Shown here piece after piece: positions 13,905 through 25,915 of a stretch of DNA of 64,000 bases. Below the pieces are notes generated by a model. It saw nothing but the letters and a program-made list of their open reading frames with translations. It was not told the origin of the DNA and did not search any database. Each line of letters opens with the position of its first letter. The first letter of the stretch is position 1. Made by a program: the position numbers and the translations under genes. The stretch covers positions 139,686,001 through 139,750,000 of the forward strand of contig NC_091291.1 in assembly GCF_032444005.1 (NCBI RefSeq), written 5' to 3'. Source of the stretch: Ranitomeya imitator (lineage: Eukaryota).

Positions 13905-16802
13905 GGCCGGCGTCGCACTAGCGATTTTAAAGGACGTATGAGAGGCGCAGAAAATACGGATTGCATACGGTACAATGATTCTCTATGCCCCTGCTCCTAT
14001 CTGCCGTATTTTACTGATCCGTATTATACGGTCTTCTACGGCCGTAGAAAATCGCAGCATGCTGCATTTGTTACCGTATTGCGCAAAAAAAAGCCAATGA
14101 AAGTCTTTGGGGGCGAGAAAAATACAGATTACACACGGACCAGCAGTGTGACTTGCGAGAAATACGCAGCGGTGTTAGAGAGAAAAGCCGGCAATTCAGT
14201 GCGGTGTACAGTAAAATCACACTGACAGGTTAGAATAGAATAGGTAGAATAAATATGAACTTGAAAATGGGAACTTTTCAGAATATTTTCCCACGCTCGA
14301 GTTTATATGAGGACATCCAGCAGAGGGCGCATCACCGCGACTCGAGGTAACTACAGTACATTCCCCTGCATTCCATTCATTCACCAAGTTTTACAGGCAG
14401 GGGCACAGCTGCATTAGCAGAGCTCCTGGGTGTAAAATGATTTAACCCCTTCAGATGGATTTACATCGTGGGACGTGACAGAACAACGGAAGGTATGGAA
14501 TATTGTTGTTTGTTTTTTTTACCTTTGTTTCAGGTGACAAGGGTCTTCAGGTGGATTAAGAGTCTAATAAAATATTAAAACACCATGTGTCTTTATTTCA
14601 TTAAAATACTTTGTAATAATGTGTGTGTGTTTTATTAACCATTTCATACTATTGGATTAATAATGGATAGGTGTCATAATTGACGCCTCTCTATTATTAA
14701 TCTGGCTTAATGTCACCTTACAATAGCAAGGTGACATTAACCCTTCATTACCCCATATCCCACCGCTACACGGGAGTGGGAAGAGAGTGGCCAAGTGCCA
14801 GAATAGGCGCATCTTCCAGATGTGCCTTTTCTGGGGTGGCTGGGGGCAGATGTTTTTAGCCAGAGGGGGCCCAATAACCATGGACCCTCTCCAGGCTATT
14901 AATATCTGCCCTCAGTCACTGGCTTTACTACTCTGGCGGAGAAAATTGTGCGGGAGCCCACGCCAGTTTTTTCCGCGATTTAACCCTTTATTTTAACAGC
15001 TAGACAGCCCAAAATTTGCATAGACACACTACTGACATTAGTAGTGTGGAATATGCAAAAAAAAAATGGGGATATGAGATAGCTTACTGTATGTAAACCA
15101 GGTCTCATATCATGTCGGGTTTAGGAAGGAGATAGCAAAAGCCGGCAATTGAATTACCGGCTTTTCTGCTATCTTGCGCTATATATATATATATATATAT
15201 ACAGTGGGGCAAAAAAGTATTTAGTCAGTCAGCAATAGTGCAAGTTCCACCACTTAAAAAGATGAGAGGCGTCTGTAATTTACATCATAGGTAGACCTCA
15301 ACTATGGGAGACAAACTGAGAAAAAAAAATCCAGAAAATCACATTGTCTGTTTTTTTATCATTTTATTTGCATATTATGGTGGAAAATAAGTATTTGGTC
15401 AGAAACAAAATTTCATCTCAATACTTTGTAATATATCCTTTGTTGGCAAAGACAGAGGTCAAACGTTTTCTGTAAGTCTTCACAAGGTTGCCACACACTG
15501 TTGTTGGTATGTTGGCCCATTCCTCCATGCAGATCTCCTCTAGAGCAGTGATGTTTTTGGCTTTTCGCTTGGCAACACGGACTTTCAACTCCCTCCAAAG
15601 GTTTTCTATAGGGTTGAGATCTGGAGACTGGCTAGGCCACTCCAGGACCTTGAAATGCTTCTTACGAAGCCACTCCTTTGTTGCCCTGGCGGTGTGCTTT
15701 GGATCATTGTCATGTTGAAAGACCCAGCCACGTTTCATCTTCAATGCCCTTGCTGATGGAAGGAGGTTTGCACTCAAAATCTCACGATACATGGCCCCAT
15801 TCATTCTTTCATGTACCCGGATCAGTCGTCCTGGCCCCTTTGCAGAGAAACAGCCCCAAAGCATGATGTTTCCACCACCATGCTTTACAGTAGGTATGGT
15901 GTTTGATGGATGCAACTCAGTATTCTTTTTCCTCCAAACACGACAAGTTGTGTTTCTACCAAACAGTTCCAGTTTGGTTTCATCAGAGCATAGGACATTC
16001 TCCCAAAACTCCTCTGGATCATCCAAATGCTCTCTAGCAAACTTCAGACGGGCCTGGACATGTACTGGCTTAAGCAGTGGGACACGTCTGGCACTGCAGG
16101 ATCTGAGTCCATGGTGGCGTAGTGTGTTACTTATGGTAGGCCTTGTTACATTGGTCCCAGCTCTGCAGTTCATTCACTAGGTCCCCCCGCGTGGTTCTGG
16201 GATTTTTGCTCACCGTTCTTGTGATCATTCTGACCCCACGGGGTGGGATTTTGCGTGGAGCCCCAGATCAAGGGAGATTATCAGTGGTCTTGTATGTCTT
16301 CCATTTTCTAATTATTGCTCCCACTGTTGATTTCTTCACTCCAAGCTGGTTGGCTATTGCAGATTCAGTCTTCCCAGCCTGGTGCAGGGCTACAATTTTG
16401 TTTCTGGTGTCCTTTGACAGCTCTTTGGTCTTCACGATAGTGGAGTTTGGAGTCAGACTGTTTGAGGGTGTGCACAGGTGTCTTTTTATACTGATAACAA
16501 GTTTAAACAGGTGCCATTACTACAGGTAATGAGTGGAGGAAAGAGGAGACTCTTAAAGAAGAAGTTACAGGTCTGTGAGAGCCAGAAATCTTGATTGTTT
16601 GTTTCTGACCAAATACTTATTTTCCACCATAATATGCAAATAAAATGATAAAAAACCAGACAATGTGATTTTCTGGATTTTTTTTTCTCAGTTTGTCTCC
16701 CATAGTTGAGGTCTACCTATGATGTAAATTACAGACGCCTCTCATCTTTTTAAGTGGTGGAACTTGCACTATTGCTGACTGACTAAATACTTTTTTGCCC
16801 CA

Positions 16803-16852
<50 letters not shown>

Positions 16853-17093
16853 TGTATATATGTTTTAACGAATATTTGAGCCCATGGATCCATTGTATGT
16901 CCGTTTTGCAAGCCGGCGAGAAAATCTCGCAGTAAGGATGCCATACGGATTACATACGGAGGATGCCATGCGCAAAATACACAGCCACACCCTGCCTACG
17001 GATGACATACGGATCACTATTTTGGGAACATTTCTGCGTATTACGGCCGTAAAAAACGGACCGTATTTTCATACGCCGAGTGTGTCGCTGGCC
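13905..17093. mobile_element. Large non-autonomous Harbinger-type element containing the Tc1 insertion
   Basis: Termini GGCCGGCGTCGCACT / AGTGTGTCGCTGGCC, flanks TGA/TTA. Confidence 0.68.
15202..16805 (-). mobile_element. Full-length Tc1 transposon (1604 bp) with an inactivated DD34E transposase
   Basis: About 200-bp near-perfect TIRs (CAGTGGGGCAAAAAAGTATTTAGTCAG), inserted in (TA)n. Transposase runs 16438 to 15418 with CSDETK, HDNDPKH and [11 protein letters not shown] (34 residues between D and E). Start codon ATC, in-frame TGA at 16268-16270, frameshift near 16170. Confidence 0.95.
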
Positions 17094-17605
17094 TTAAAGG
17101 GAAGAGGTAATAGGAGAGGACAGAGGAAACTGGGATGTGGGAAGGAGAAGATACAGAACTGATCCTTACATATATATTAAACCAATACACATCCACATAC
17201 AAGCCATGACTCCACCATTGCTTCCGGTATCTTCTGTGGCAAATGTCCAGTCGTCTTCTGGCAATGTGAACACTGTCATTGGCTGCAGTAATCATCACCT
17301 TCCTGCAGGTGGCATCCTCGTACTTGGGAAGAAAGTTCTTGTGTAGGACAGGATCAACTCCATTTGGGCTGGCCACTGGCTCCAACATGTCCATTCAAAG
17401 AACAATGGTTTGTCACCCAAACACCACAGGCATTGTTTATCCATATACATATCCATAGGCCGGAGACAGGATGTATATCTCAGGACCACTGGCTTATAAT
17501 GGAAACCCACAGGAGTTGTGTGCATATGTAGATAATGATAGGCCACAAACAGGATAGAGGCTATTGATTCAAGATTACCACAGTGCATACCTGTGTCCTC
17601 CATTA

Positions 17606-18325
17606 AGGTACCGTCACACTAAGCGACGCTGCAGCGATACCGACAACGATCCGGATCGTCGCTGTTTGGTCGCTGGAGAGCTGTCACACAGACAGCTCTC
17701 CAGCGACCAACGATCCCGAGGTCCCCGGTAACCAGGGTAAACATCGGGTAACTAAGCGCAGGGCCGCGCTTAGTAACCCGATGTTTACCCTGGTTACCAG
17801 CGTAAAAAAACAAACAGTACATACTTACATTCAGCTGTCTGTCCCTTGCCGTCTGGTTCCTGCACTGACTGCTGGCCGTAAAGTGAAAGTGAAAGCACAG
17901 CACAGCGGTGAGTCACACAGCGGTGACTCACCGCTGTGGCTGTGCTCTGCTTTCACTTTACGGCCAGCAGTCAGTGCAGGAACCAGACGGCAAGGGACAG
18001 ACAGCTGAATGTAAGTATGTACTGTTTGTTTTTTTACGCTGGTAACCAGGGTAAACATCGGGTTACTAAGCGCGGCCCTGCGCTTAGTTACCCGATGTTT
18101 ACCCTGGTTACCAGCAAAGACATCGCTGAATCGGTGTCACACACGCCGATTCAGCGATGTCTACGGGGAGTCCAGCGACGAAATAAAGTTCTGGACTTTC
18201 TTCCCCGACCAGCGATCTCCCAGCAGGGGCCTGATCGCTGCTGCCTGTCACACTGGACGATATCGCTAGCGAGGACGCTGCAACGTCACGGATCGCTAGC
18301 GATATCGTCTAGTGTGACAGTACCT
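17606..18325. mobile_element. Fold-back Harbinger-type MITE
   Basis: AGGTACCGTCACACT...AGTGTGACAGTACCT, TTA/TTA TSD, long internal palindromes. Confidence 0.88.
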
Positions 18326-18425
18326 TTAGGTTGGAGGGCCAATATTCATTTAGTATGTAGATGCACCTCTGCCTTATTGCTAAACAAAGGACATCGCACA
18401 AAAGGACACAGGCCTGACTGCCTAA

Positions 18426-19151
18426 AGGCCCCTTCACATTAAGCGACGCTGCAGCGATACCGACAACGATCCGGATCGCTGCAGCGTCGCTGTTTGGTCG
18501 CTGGAGAGCTGTCACACAGACCGCTCTCCAGCGACCAACGATGCCGGTAACCAGGGTAAACATCGGGTAACTAAGCGCAGGGCCGCGCTTAGTAACCCGA
18601 TGTTTACCCTGGTTACCATGCTAAAAGTAAAAAAAAACAAACACTAGATACTTACCTACAGCCGTCTGTCCTCCAGCGCTGCGCTCTGCTTCCCTGCTCT
18701 CCTCCTGTACTGTCTGGGAGCCGGAAAGCAGAGCGGTGACGTCACCGCTCTGCTTTCCGGCTCACAGCCAGTACAGGAGGAGAGCAGAGCACAGCGCTGG
18801 AGGACAGACAGCGGTAGGTAAGTATCTAGTGTTTGTTTTTTTTTACTTTTAGCATGGTAACCAGGGTAAACATCGGGTTACTAAGCGCGGCCCTGCGCTT
18901 AGTTACCCGATGTTTACCCTGGTTACCAGTGAAGACATCGCTGGATCGGTGTCACACACGCCGATCCAGCGATGTCTCCAGGGAGTCCAGCGACGAAATA
19001 AAGTTCTGGACTTTATTCAGCGACCAACGATCTCCCAGCAGGGGCCTGATCGTTGGTCGCTGTCACACATAACGATTTCATTAACGATATCGTTGCTACG
19101 TCACAAATAGCAACGATATCGTTAACAATATCGTTATGTGTGAAGGTACCT
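18426..19151. mobile_element. Fold-back Harbinger-type MITE related to 17606-18325
   Basis: Shared internal palindrome GGTAACCAGGGTAAACATCGGG, TAA/TAA TSD. Confidence 0.88.
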
Positions 19152-19154
19152 TAA

Positions 19155-19436
19155 GGCTACGTTCACATTTGCGTTGCGTCGGGCACAGGTTCGGCGACGC
19201 ATAGCGACATATGCGTCCCTATATTTAACATGGGGGCGCATGGACATGCGTTGTCTTGCGTTTTGTGACGCATGCGTCATTTTTGGCGCAAGCGTCAGGG
19301 CGCAGAGGACGCAGCAAGTTGCATTTTTTGCGTCCAAAATCAAGCCAAAAATGGACGCATGCGTCAAAAAACAATGCGTTTTTGCATGCGTTGTGTCGCC
19401 AACGCAACGCCCAACAACGCAAATGTGAACGTAGCC
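19155..19436. mobile_element. Harbinger-type MITE
   Basis: TIR GGCTACGTTCACATT, TAA/TAA TSD, same family as 50599-50913. Confidence 0.88.
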
Positions 19437-19562
19437 TAATAGGTTTACAGTCTTGTATCTGGTTTATCTCATCAACAGAGTCCTGGAAATATTCAGCACT
19501 CATAAATTCAATATATCTCAGTGATTTCTATGATACGTGCATTGTCCATGTTGTCTCCAACA

Positions 19563-20436
19563 CTCCGCCACACTGCAGAGTATATTCCCATCATACTGCA
19601 GAACATCGCTCCGCCACACTGCAGAGTATATTCCCATCATACTGCAGAACATCGCTCCGCCACACTGCAGAGTATATTCCCATCATACTGCAGAACATCG
19701 CTCCGCCACACTGCAGAGTATATTCCCATCATACTGCAGAACATCGCTCCGCCACACTGCAGAGTATATTCCCATCATACTGCAGAACATCGCTCCGCCA
19801 CACTGCAGAGTATATTCCCATCATACTGCAGAACATCGCTCCGCCACACTGCAGAGTATATTCCCATCATACTGCAGAACATCGCTCCGCCACACTGCAG
19901 AGTATATTCCCATCATACTGCAGAACATCGCTCCGCCACACTGCAGAGTATATTCCCATCATACTGCAGAACATCGCTCCGCCACACTGCAGAGTATATT
20001 CCCATTATACTGCAGAACATCGCTCAGTCACGATGAAGAGTATCACCCTGTCGTACCGCAGAATATCGCCTCATTACCCTGCAGAACATCGCTCCGCCAC
20101 ACTGCAGAGTATATTCCCATTATACTGCAGAACATCACTCCGCCACACTGCAGAGTATATTCCCATTATACTGCAGAACATCGCTCCGCCACACTGCAGA
20201 GTATATTCCCATTATACTGCAGAACATCGCTCCTTCACGATGAAGAGTATCACCCTGTTGTACCGCAGAATATCGCCTCATCACCCTGCAGAACATCGCT
20301 CCGTCTCACCACAGAATATCACTCCCTCACCCTGCAGAATATTGCCTCGTCACACTGCAGAGTATCGCCCCATCATGTTACGTAACATCACCCCATCATA
20401 CTGTAGAACATTTATCTATTCTGCAGCAGAGCATTG
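19563..20436 (+). repeat. Family A minisatellite, right part (46-bp dimer)
   Basis: Unit CGCCACACTGCAGAGTATATTCCCATCATACTGCAGAACATCGCTC, with a remnant continuing at 21243-21283. Confidence 0.95.
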
Positions 20437-21242
20437 TGTTATGACCTGGTGGTCAGGACAATAATGGACCTGGTGGTTAAGAGCGCACGGAATGACCTGA
20501 TAGTTACTGATAATAAAGGACGAGCTGTGGGACGTGGGAACTCTGCTGACCGCAATCCCTAATCCTATCAAACACACTAGAAATAGCCGTGGATTGCGCC
20601 TAACGCTCCCTATGCAACTCGGCACAGCCTAAGAAACTAGCTAGCCCTGAAGATAGAAAAATAAAGCCTACCTTGCCTCAGAGAAATTCCCCAAAGGAAA
20701 AGGCAGCCCCCCACATATAATGACTGTGAGTAAAGATGAAAATACAAACATAGAGATGAAACAGATTTAGCAAAGTGAGGCCCGACTTACTGAACAGACC
20801 GAGGATAGGAAAGGTTACTTTGCGATCAGCACAAAAACCTACAAAAAGACCACGCAGAGGGCGCAAAAAGACCCTCCGCACCGACTCACGGTGCGGAGGC
20901 GCTCCCTCTGCGTCCCAGAGCTTCCAGCAAGCAAGACAACAATAAAAATTGCAAGCTGGACAGAAAAATAGCAAACCAAAGAAATACAAGCTGGAATTTA
21001 GCTTCTGTTGGGAAGACAGATCACAAGAACGATCCAGGAGTGAACTAAACCAATACTGGAACATTGACAGGTGGCCTGGAGCAAAGATCTAAGTGGAGTT
21101 AAATAGAGCAGCAGCTAACGAATTAACCTCGTCACCTGTGGAAGGAAACTCAGACACACCCACCAGAGGAAGTCCATGGACAGAACCAGCAGAAGTACCA
21201 TTCATGACCACAGGAGGGAGCCCGACAACAGAATTCACAACA
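20437..21242. mobile_element. Solo LTR (about 806 bp), probably Gypsy-type
   Basis: TGTTATG...ACAACA ends with direct flank GCATTG on both sides (or GCAT if the start is 20435). Interrupts the 23/46-bp array. Confidence 0.75.
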
Positions 21243-21295
21243 GCATTGCTCCGCTCTACTGCAGAAAATCGCTCCGTCACACATCTCTGCCCTAG

Positions 21296-21665
21296 GACTG
21301 TCCACATGATTGAGGGGATTCATCAGATCGGGCGCCTGGTTCCATCGCTCCATGGTCCAGTTCTGATGGTCCTGCCCCCATTGGACAGGGAGAGACTTCA
21401 CAGCTCCATAAACAATAAGCTGCGATGCTCTGCGTGATCTGATACAAGACCTGCCGTATACTGTGAACACCCTCAGAAAACCAGTAGTTTTTAGACAGAT
21501 CTCTTGAATATGATGGGGCTGGTGTACTTACTGTTATAATCCATGTCAGAAGAGCTGTATAGCGCTAATATCAAAATCTGCAGTCTAGCTAGAGCCGGAC
21601 TCAGAAATGCCCATTGTCTAATCAGGCGTAAAATGTTAATAAAAGATCATTCAGCCATCGTAATT
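21296..21665 (+). other. Candidate terminal exon of the same unidentified transcript
   Basis: Acceptor ctctgccctag| right after the end of the 23-bp repeat remnant, AATAAA at 21638-21643. Confidence 0.35.
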
Positions 21666-23714
21666 TGCAAAGTAAGTACACCAGCCTCATCAGGTAACTA
21701 TTTAACAACATATACATCTTGTATGGTGAAAACTGGTGGCAAATCCACTTTAATTCTGCATCTAATCAAAAGTGCGTACAAATGCTGGCGATCTTCCATC
21801 ACTTTCTGGGGGGCTGTGGAGGAACCCCCCTATTACTGCAGTATACACAGTGCAGCGAGGATGATATCCGTGCGTGGCCTCACAATGGGCAGGATCACAG
21901 GTATAATACTCACTGTGCGCGGCCGGGTGCATTCACCGGAGCTAATGATTACCTGTGCTGGAGGATACACAGGAGCGGAGAATAAATCATCACAACTCAA
22001 TATGTGACACTTGTCAGCAAGATTTCTCTATGAAACTAGTAATATGGCTGAATACAACGAGTAATTAGTGCGCGGGGACTCAAACATATTATTTGAGCAC
22101 GCCGAATTCACTCGGTTAGCACATGAGCATGCTCAAATAACACCTTATCCCAGCACATTCGCTCATCACCAGTAGTAATCTGATTAATGTACCAGTGCTG
22201 AGAAATCAACCTTTGAAGCCGAATGCAAATCAGCCTGGAAGTGCATTGGGGGCGTGTCACTACAATTTAAGTGCACATACACGCCCTAATTGCACTTCCA
22301 GCGTAAATTGTGGCTTCTGAGCTTGATTTCTCAGCACTTTTCAAAAACCTGACCGGCACATCCAAACATAGATTCAGTGTGAACAGGTGCTGAACCCAGA
22401 GTCGCCAACTCGTATATAGTTAAGTAAATAAGGCAGCACACTGCAGCGCTGACACATTGGATTAGTATCAGACCCCACCATGAAACAATACTAATCAGGG
22501 GCTCTTACATATCAAATATGTCTACAAGTTTAGTTTCCCTTTAAATAGTGGGATCAGTGATAAGGGCCCATATCTGGCAGCCATCGGCCGGAGTACTGGT
22601 TCTGTCCGCTACGCTCCAGTGCAGACTGGTTTAAAGACGCCGCTCCTTTATGTAGGAAGCACTTGAATCTGGATTTACTGGAAGCATTCACATAAAAAGT
22701 CACCCGATACCTGCGACACAGTAACCGGGGTGTGAGCGACGCTCCTGGGCTCCCATCCAAAATCTGGACCATGCAAAGCTTAGGGGCCCCTGGGACTCGT
22801 GTACAGATGCAGCGTCTGCCTCCCCCCATAGATAGACCCTGGGGGGCGACGGCTGCATTCTGCAGAGCAGTACGGACTGTCGTGTGAACGCGCCCTAAAC
22901 TCTCATTCACCTGGTGTTTTTTTCTTTGCATTTTTTTTTACCTGTGATGGTTTTTTAAATGCCAATTTTTACAGCTTTTTTTTTACCGCAGTTTTTACCC
23001 CACTGAGATCAAAATGGTTTAGCACCAAAACGCGTTTAATTTCCGCTGTGGTTTTCTGGACGCAGCCTTGGGGGGCTTTAAACCAAAAAAAATGCATCGA
23101 AAAGCCACAGTGAAGCCAGCGGCTGAAAAATTCATTATGAGACGCATACAGGCCCATGATTTCGCTCTTCTTTCTCCAACATAGGACAAAACAGACCCTA
23201 AATGATCGGATTCTAAAGAAAACACCAAAAAAAAAGGTAAGAAATGTGGGGGGAAAAAATTCAGAAAAAACAAAACAAAAAAAGTGTGTGTGAATGTAGC
23301 CCTAATGTCAGCCGCTATAGACATCAGCCAGGACACTGGACAGATTCGCAGTCATCAAGAACGGCGCCATTCACAGCAGCAAGCAGAGATGTCGCCAGCG
23401 GTGAGGAGCTGACACACAACTTATATTGGAAAGTTGCAGAACTTTTCATGCTGCAATGAAAACATGAAGTAAGTGGCCCCTCATATCTGCTGATCACAGG
23501 GGGCCCATCAGGCCGTACAGCAGAGGGGCAACATGGCGCCAACTTTGTGTAACACCCAGAAACAGCCTATAACGGTAAACGGATGTTATACAGGGGCTTC
23601 ACCCATCCTGGGGGGCTCGGGGAGCTGTACTTGGCGATCTCTGTCAGCTCCATAGAGAATGAATGGAGCCGAGATTTGCATGCTTGACCTGCGATCCATT
23701 CAGAAGGACCTGTT

Positions 23715-24150
23715 CTCAAGATCCCTGGTGGTCCCAGTCCTCAGACCCCTGGTGGTCCAAGTCCTCAGGCCCCTGGTGGTCCAAGTCCTCAGGCCCCTGG
23801 TGGTCCAAGTCCTCAGGCCCCCGGTGGTCCAAGTCCTCAGGCCCCTGGTGGTCCAAGTCCTCAGGCCCCTGGTGGTCCCAGTCCTCAGGCCCCTGGTGGT
23901 CCAAGTCCTCAGGCCCCTGGTGGTCCAAGTCCTCAGGCCCCTGGTGGTCCCAGTCCACAGACCCCTGGTGGTCCCAGTCCTCAGGCCCCTGGTGGACCAA
24001 GTCCTCAGGCCCCTGGTGGTCCCAGTCCTCAGACCCCTGGTGGTCCCAGTCCTCAGGCCCCTGGTGGTCCCAGTCCTCAGGCCCCTGGTGGTCCCAGTCC
24101 TCAGGCCCCTGGTGGTCCCAGTCCTCAGGCCCCTGGTGGTCCCAGTCCTC
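23715..24150 (+). repeat. 24-bp minisatellite, about 18 copies
   Basis: Unit CCCTGGTGGTCCCAGTCCTCAGGC. Confidence 0.95.
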
Positions 24151-24286
24151 AGCCTCCTGCATGTAATATCTCCTGTTATATGTATAGGCATAAGTTCATG
24201 TCAGCTCCTAGTTAGCACAGAGGGACCTCTTGTGGTCGGACTCAGGTACTGCATGTTCCCATACAGATAAAATGGTAAAACAATAA

Positions 24287-24725
24287 GGCCGGCGTCACAC
24301 TGGCGTTTAAAACGGCCGAGTGCAATGCGATAAAAAATCGCATTGCACTCGGACCAATGTTACCATATGGGGCAGCTCCCAGCAGCTGACTTTTTGTCGG
24401 CCGTTTTCCTCGGTCAGCATGCTGCGATTGTCTCGGACCGAGGAAAACTCTCGGCTCACTCGCACCCATATAAGCCTATGGGCTTAAGCCTATGGGACAG
24501 CGCACACCACTTGGATATCATCCGAGTGATGTGCGCTATAAGCGGACCCCAGCAATGGAGGAGATGGAGAAATTAATTTATCCGCCGCTGTGCTCCGATC
24601 CTCCCTGTGTGAGAGAATCGGAGCACAGACGCATGACACTCAGCTCCCGCTCTGCTTCGAGTGTCATTAGCATATCGCATCCTATGATCTCGCATCGGAT
24701 GCAATACGCCAGTGTGACGCCGGCC
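24287..24725. mobile_element. Harbinger-type MITE
   Basis: Perfect TIR GGCCGGCGTCACACT, TAA/TAA TSD, inverted homolog of 5553-6019. Confidence 0.88.
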
Positions 24726-25260
24726 TAAGTCGTATAATGTCAGTGACTGATCATCATCCCGTGTGCATCATATATATATCACACATGTATTATTGACTAT
24801 ATCACTGACTACATATCACACATGTATTACTGGCTCATAGTCTGTATCACAATCTGTCTTGTACCTCAACTATCAATCAGCAAAGACCCCGACCAGTAGG
24901 GGGCACTATGCACCTACCATAGGCAGCACTAGCAGCCATTTTTTCCAGAACTTGATGCACCCTTATCAATCTATATTAATATGTTTCACCTGCACTGACA
25001 CATTGTAGCAAACTATGACAACAGGGAGCAGCACCCGATTCCTCCAGCGGGAGGTGACTATTGCAAAACAATGGGGAGACAAAGCGCAGGACAGGGTCTT
25101 ATCCTCCTTACACCACATGTGCTCACCTGGTTAGGATGAGATTAGACAGATAGCGGCTGCTGCAGATCCACAGAAAATAACGTCTTCAAAGGGAGATTTG
25201 TAGTTACAGTTCTGCGCTGCCGCTAAGATGAATTTCAGGAGAGTAAAGTTGATTCACAGT

Positions 25261-25313
25261 GGTTTTATTCTACGCGTTTCAGGGGTCTCATGCCCCCTTC
25301 ATCAGGAAATACC
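25261..25313 (-). ncRNA. Minimal type I hammerhead ribozyme, Penelope-like-element type
   Basis: Minus strand reads GGUAUUUC-CUGAUGA-AGGGGGC AUGA GACCCCU-GAAA-CGCG-UA|GAAUAAAACC: complete core, helix II, palindromic helix III (ACGCGU), GUA cleavage triplet and imperfect helix I. Confidence 0.8.
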
Positions 25314-25344
25314 ACACAGAACATTCAGGCATCACAGGTATAAA

Positions 25345-25915
25345 TAGTTTCGCTAGGTTACAAAAAAAGGCACCATCAGGTCAGAAGACTCTGTGTCAAA
25401 GTTCAATGATAACAAACAATTAACAATTCAAACGATTAGAGAGGTATAAAATGAAAATACAATGACTTCTTATATATTTCTAGACAATAGTTGCAAATTT
25501 GCAACATTTAGGAGGTTGGGAGCTTGTTGGAGAAAATCAGACATGTATCTCTCATGTTGGGCTTGTTCTATTGGAATACACCGACCATCCTCCTCCTGCC
25601 GATCCTGTACTAGACCTACAAGGGTCAGTCGGATTCAGAATATCTCCCCACAGTCTCCGGACCTTGGACACTGTTTCCCTCAGGCTCCCCCACCCCCCAC
25701 TTCTCCCCCCCCCCACTTGCCCCCCCCCCCCTTCCCCTATCTCCCCCCCCACTTCCCCCATCTCCCACTTTTGTTAGTTCGCATGATTGCGTCTTAGCTA
25801 TTTACATGCATTACTGTACGGATTACATTTAAAGCTTTATTTTGATAGTTTTCTTATTATCTTATATATATAAATCGAAAATTTTCAATAAAAATTTATT
25901 GAGTAAAAAAAAAAA
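25345..25915 (+). mobile_element. Possible decayed 3' end of an L1-type LINE
   Basis: Ends in AATAAA (25887) followed by poly(A) at 25905-25915 after a C-rich tract. No clear ORF remains. Confidence 0.4.

Larger units (their letters stand above)
13764..19562 (-). mobile_element. Solo LTR (about 0.87 kb native length) expanded by nested insertions
   Basis: TG...CA ends, 5-bp TSD CTCTG/CTCCG (one CpG-type transition). On the minus strand a TATA-like motif at about 17170, a pyrimidine-rich tract and AATAAA about 70 nt before the end. Splits the 23-bp array. Confidence 0.65.

Noticed and set aside
15418-16438. Tc1 transposase as an active or domesticated gene
   Set aside because: Start codon is ATC, with an in-frame TGA and a frameshift in the DNA-binding half
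17041-17603. Minus-strand 117- and 102-aa ORFs as a possible gene
   Set aside because: No recognisable domain or splice structure, and better explained as the interior of the nested solo LTR
23659-24270. Four overlapping 148-203-aa ORFs
   Set aside because: 24-bp tandem repeat, open in several frames
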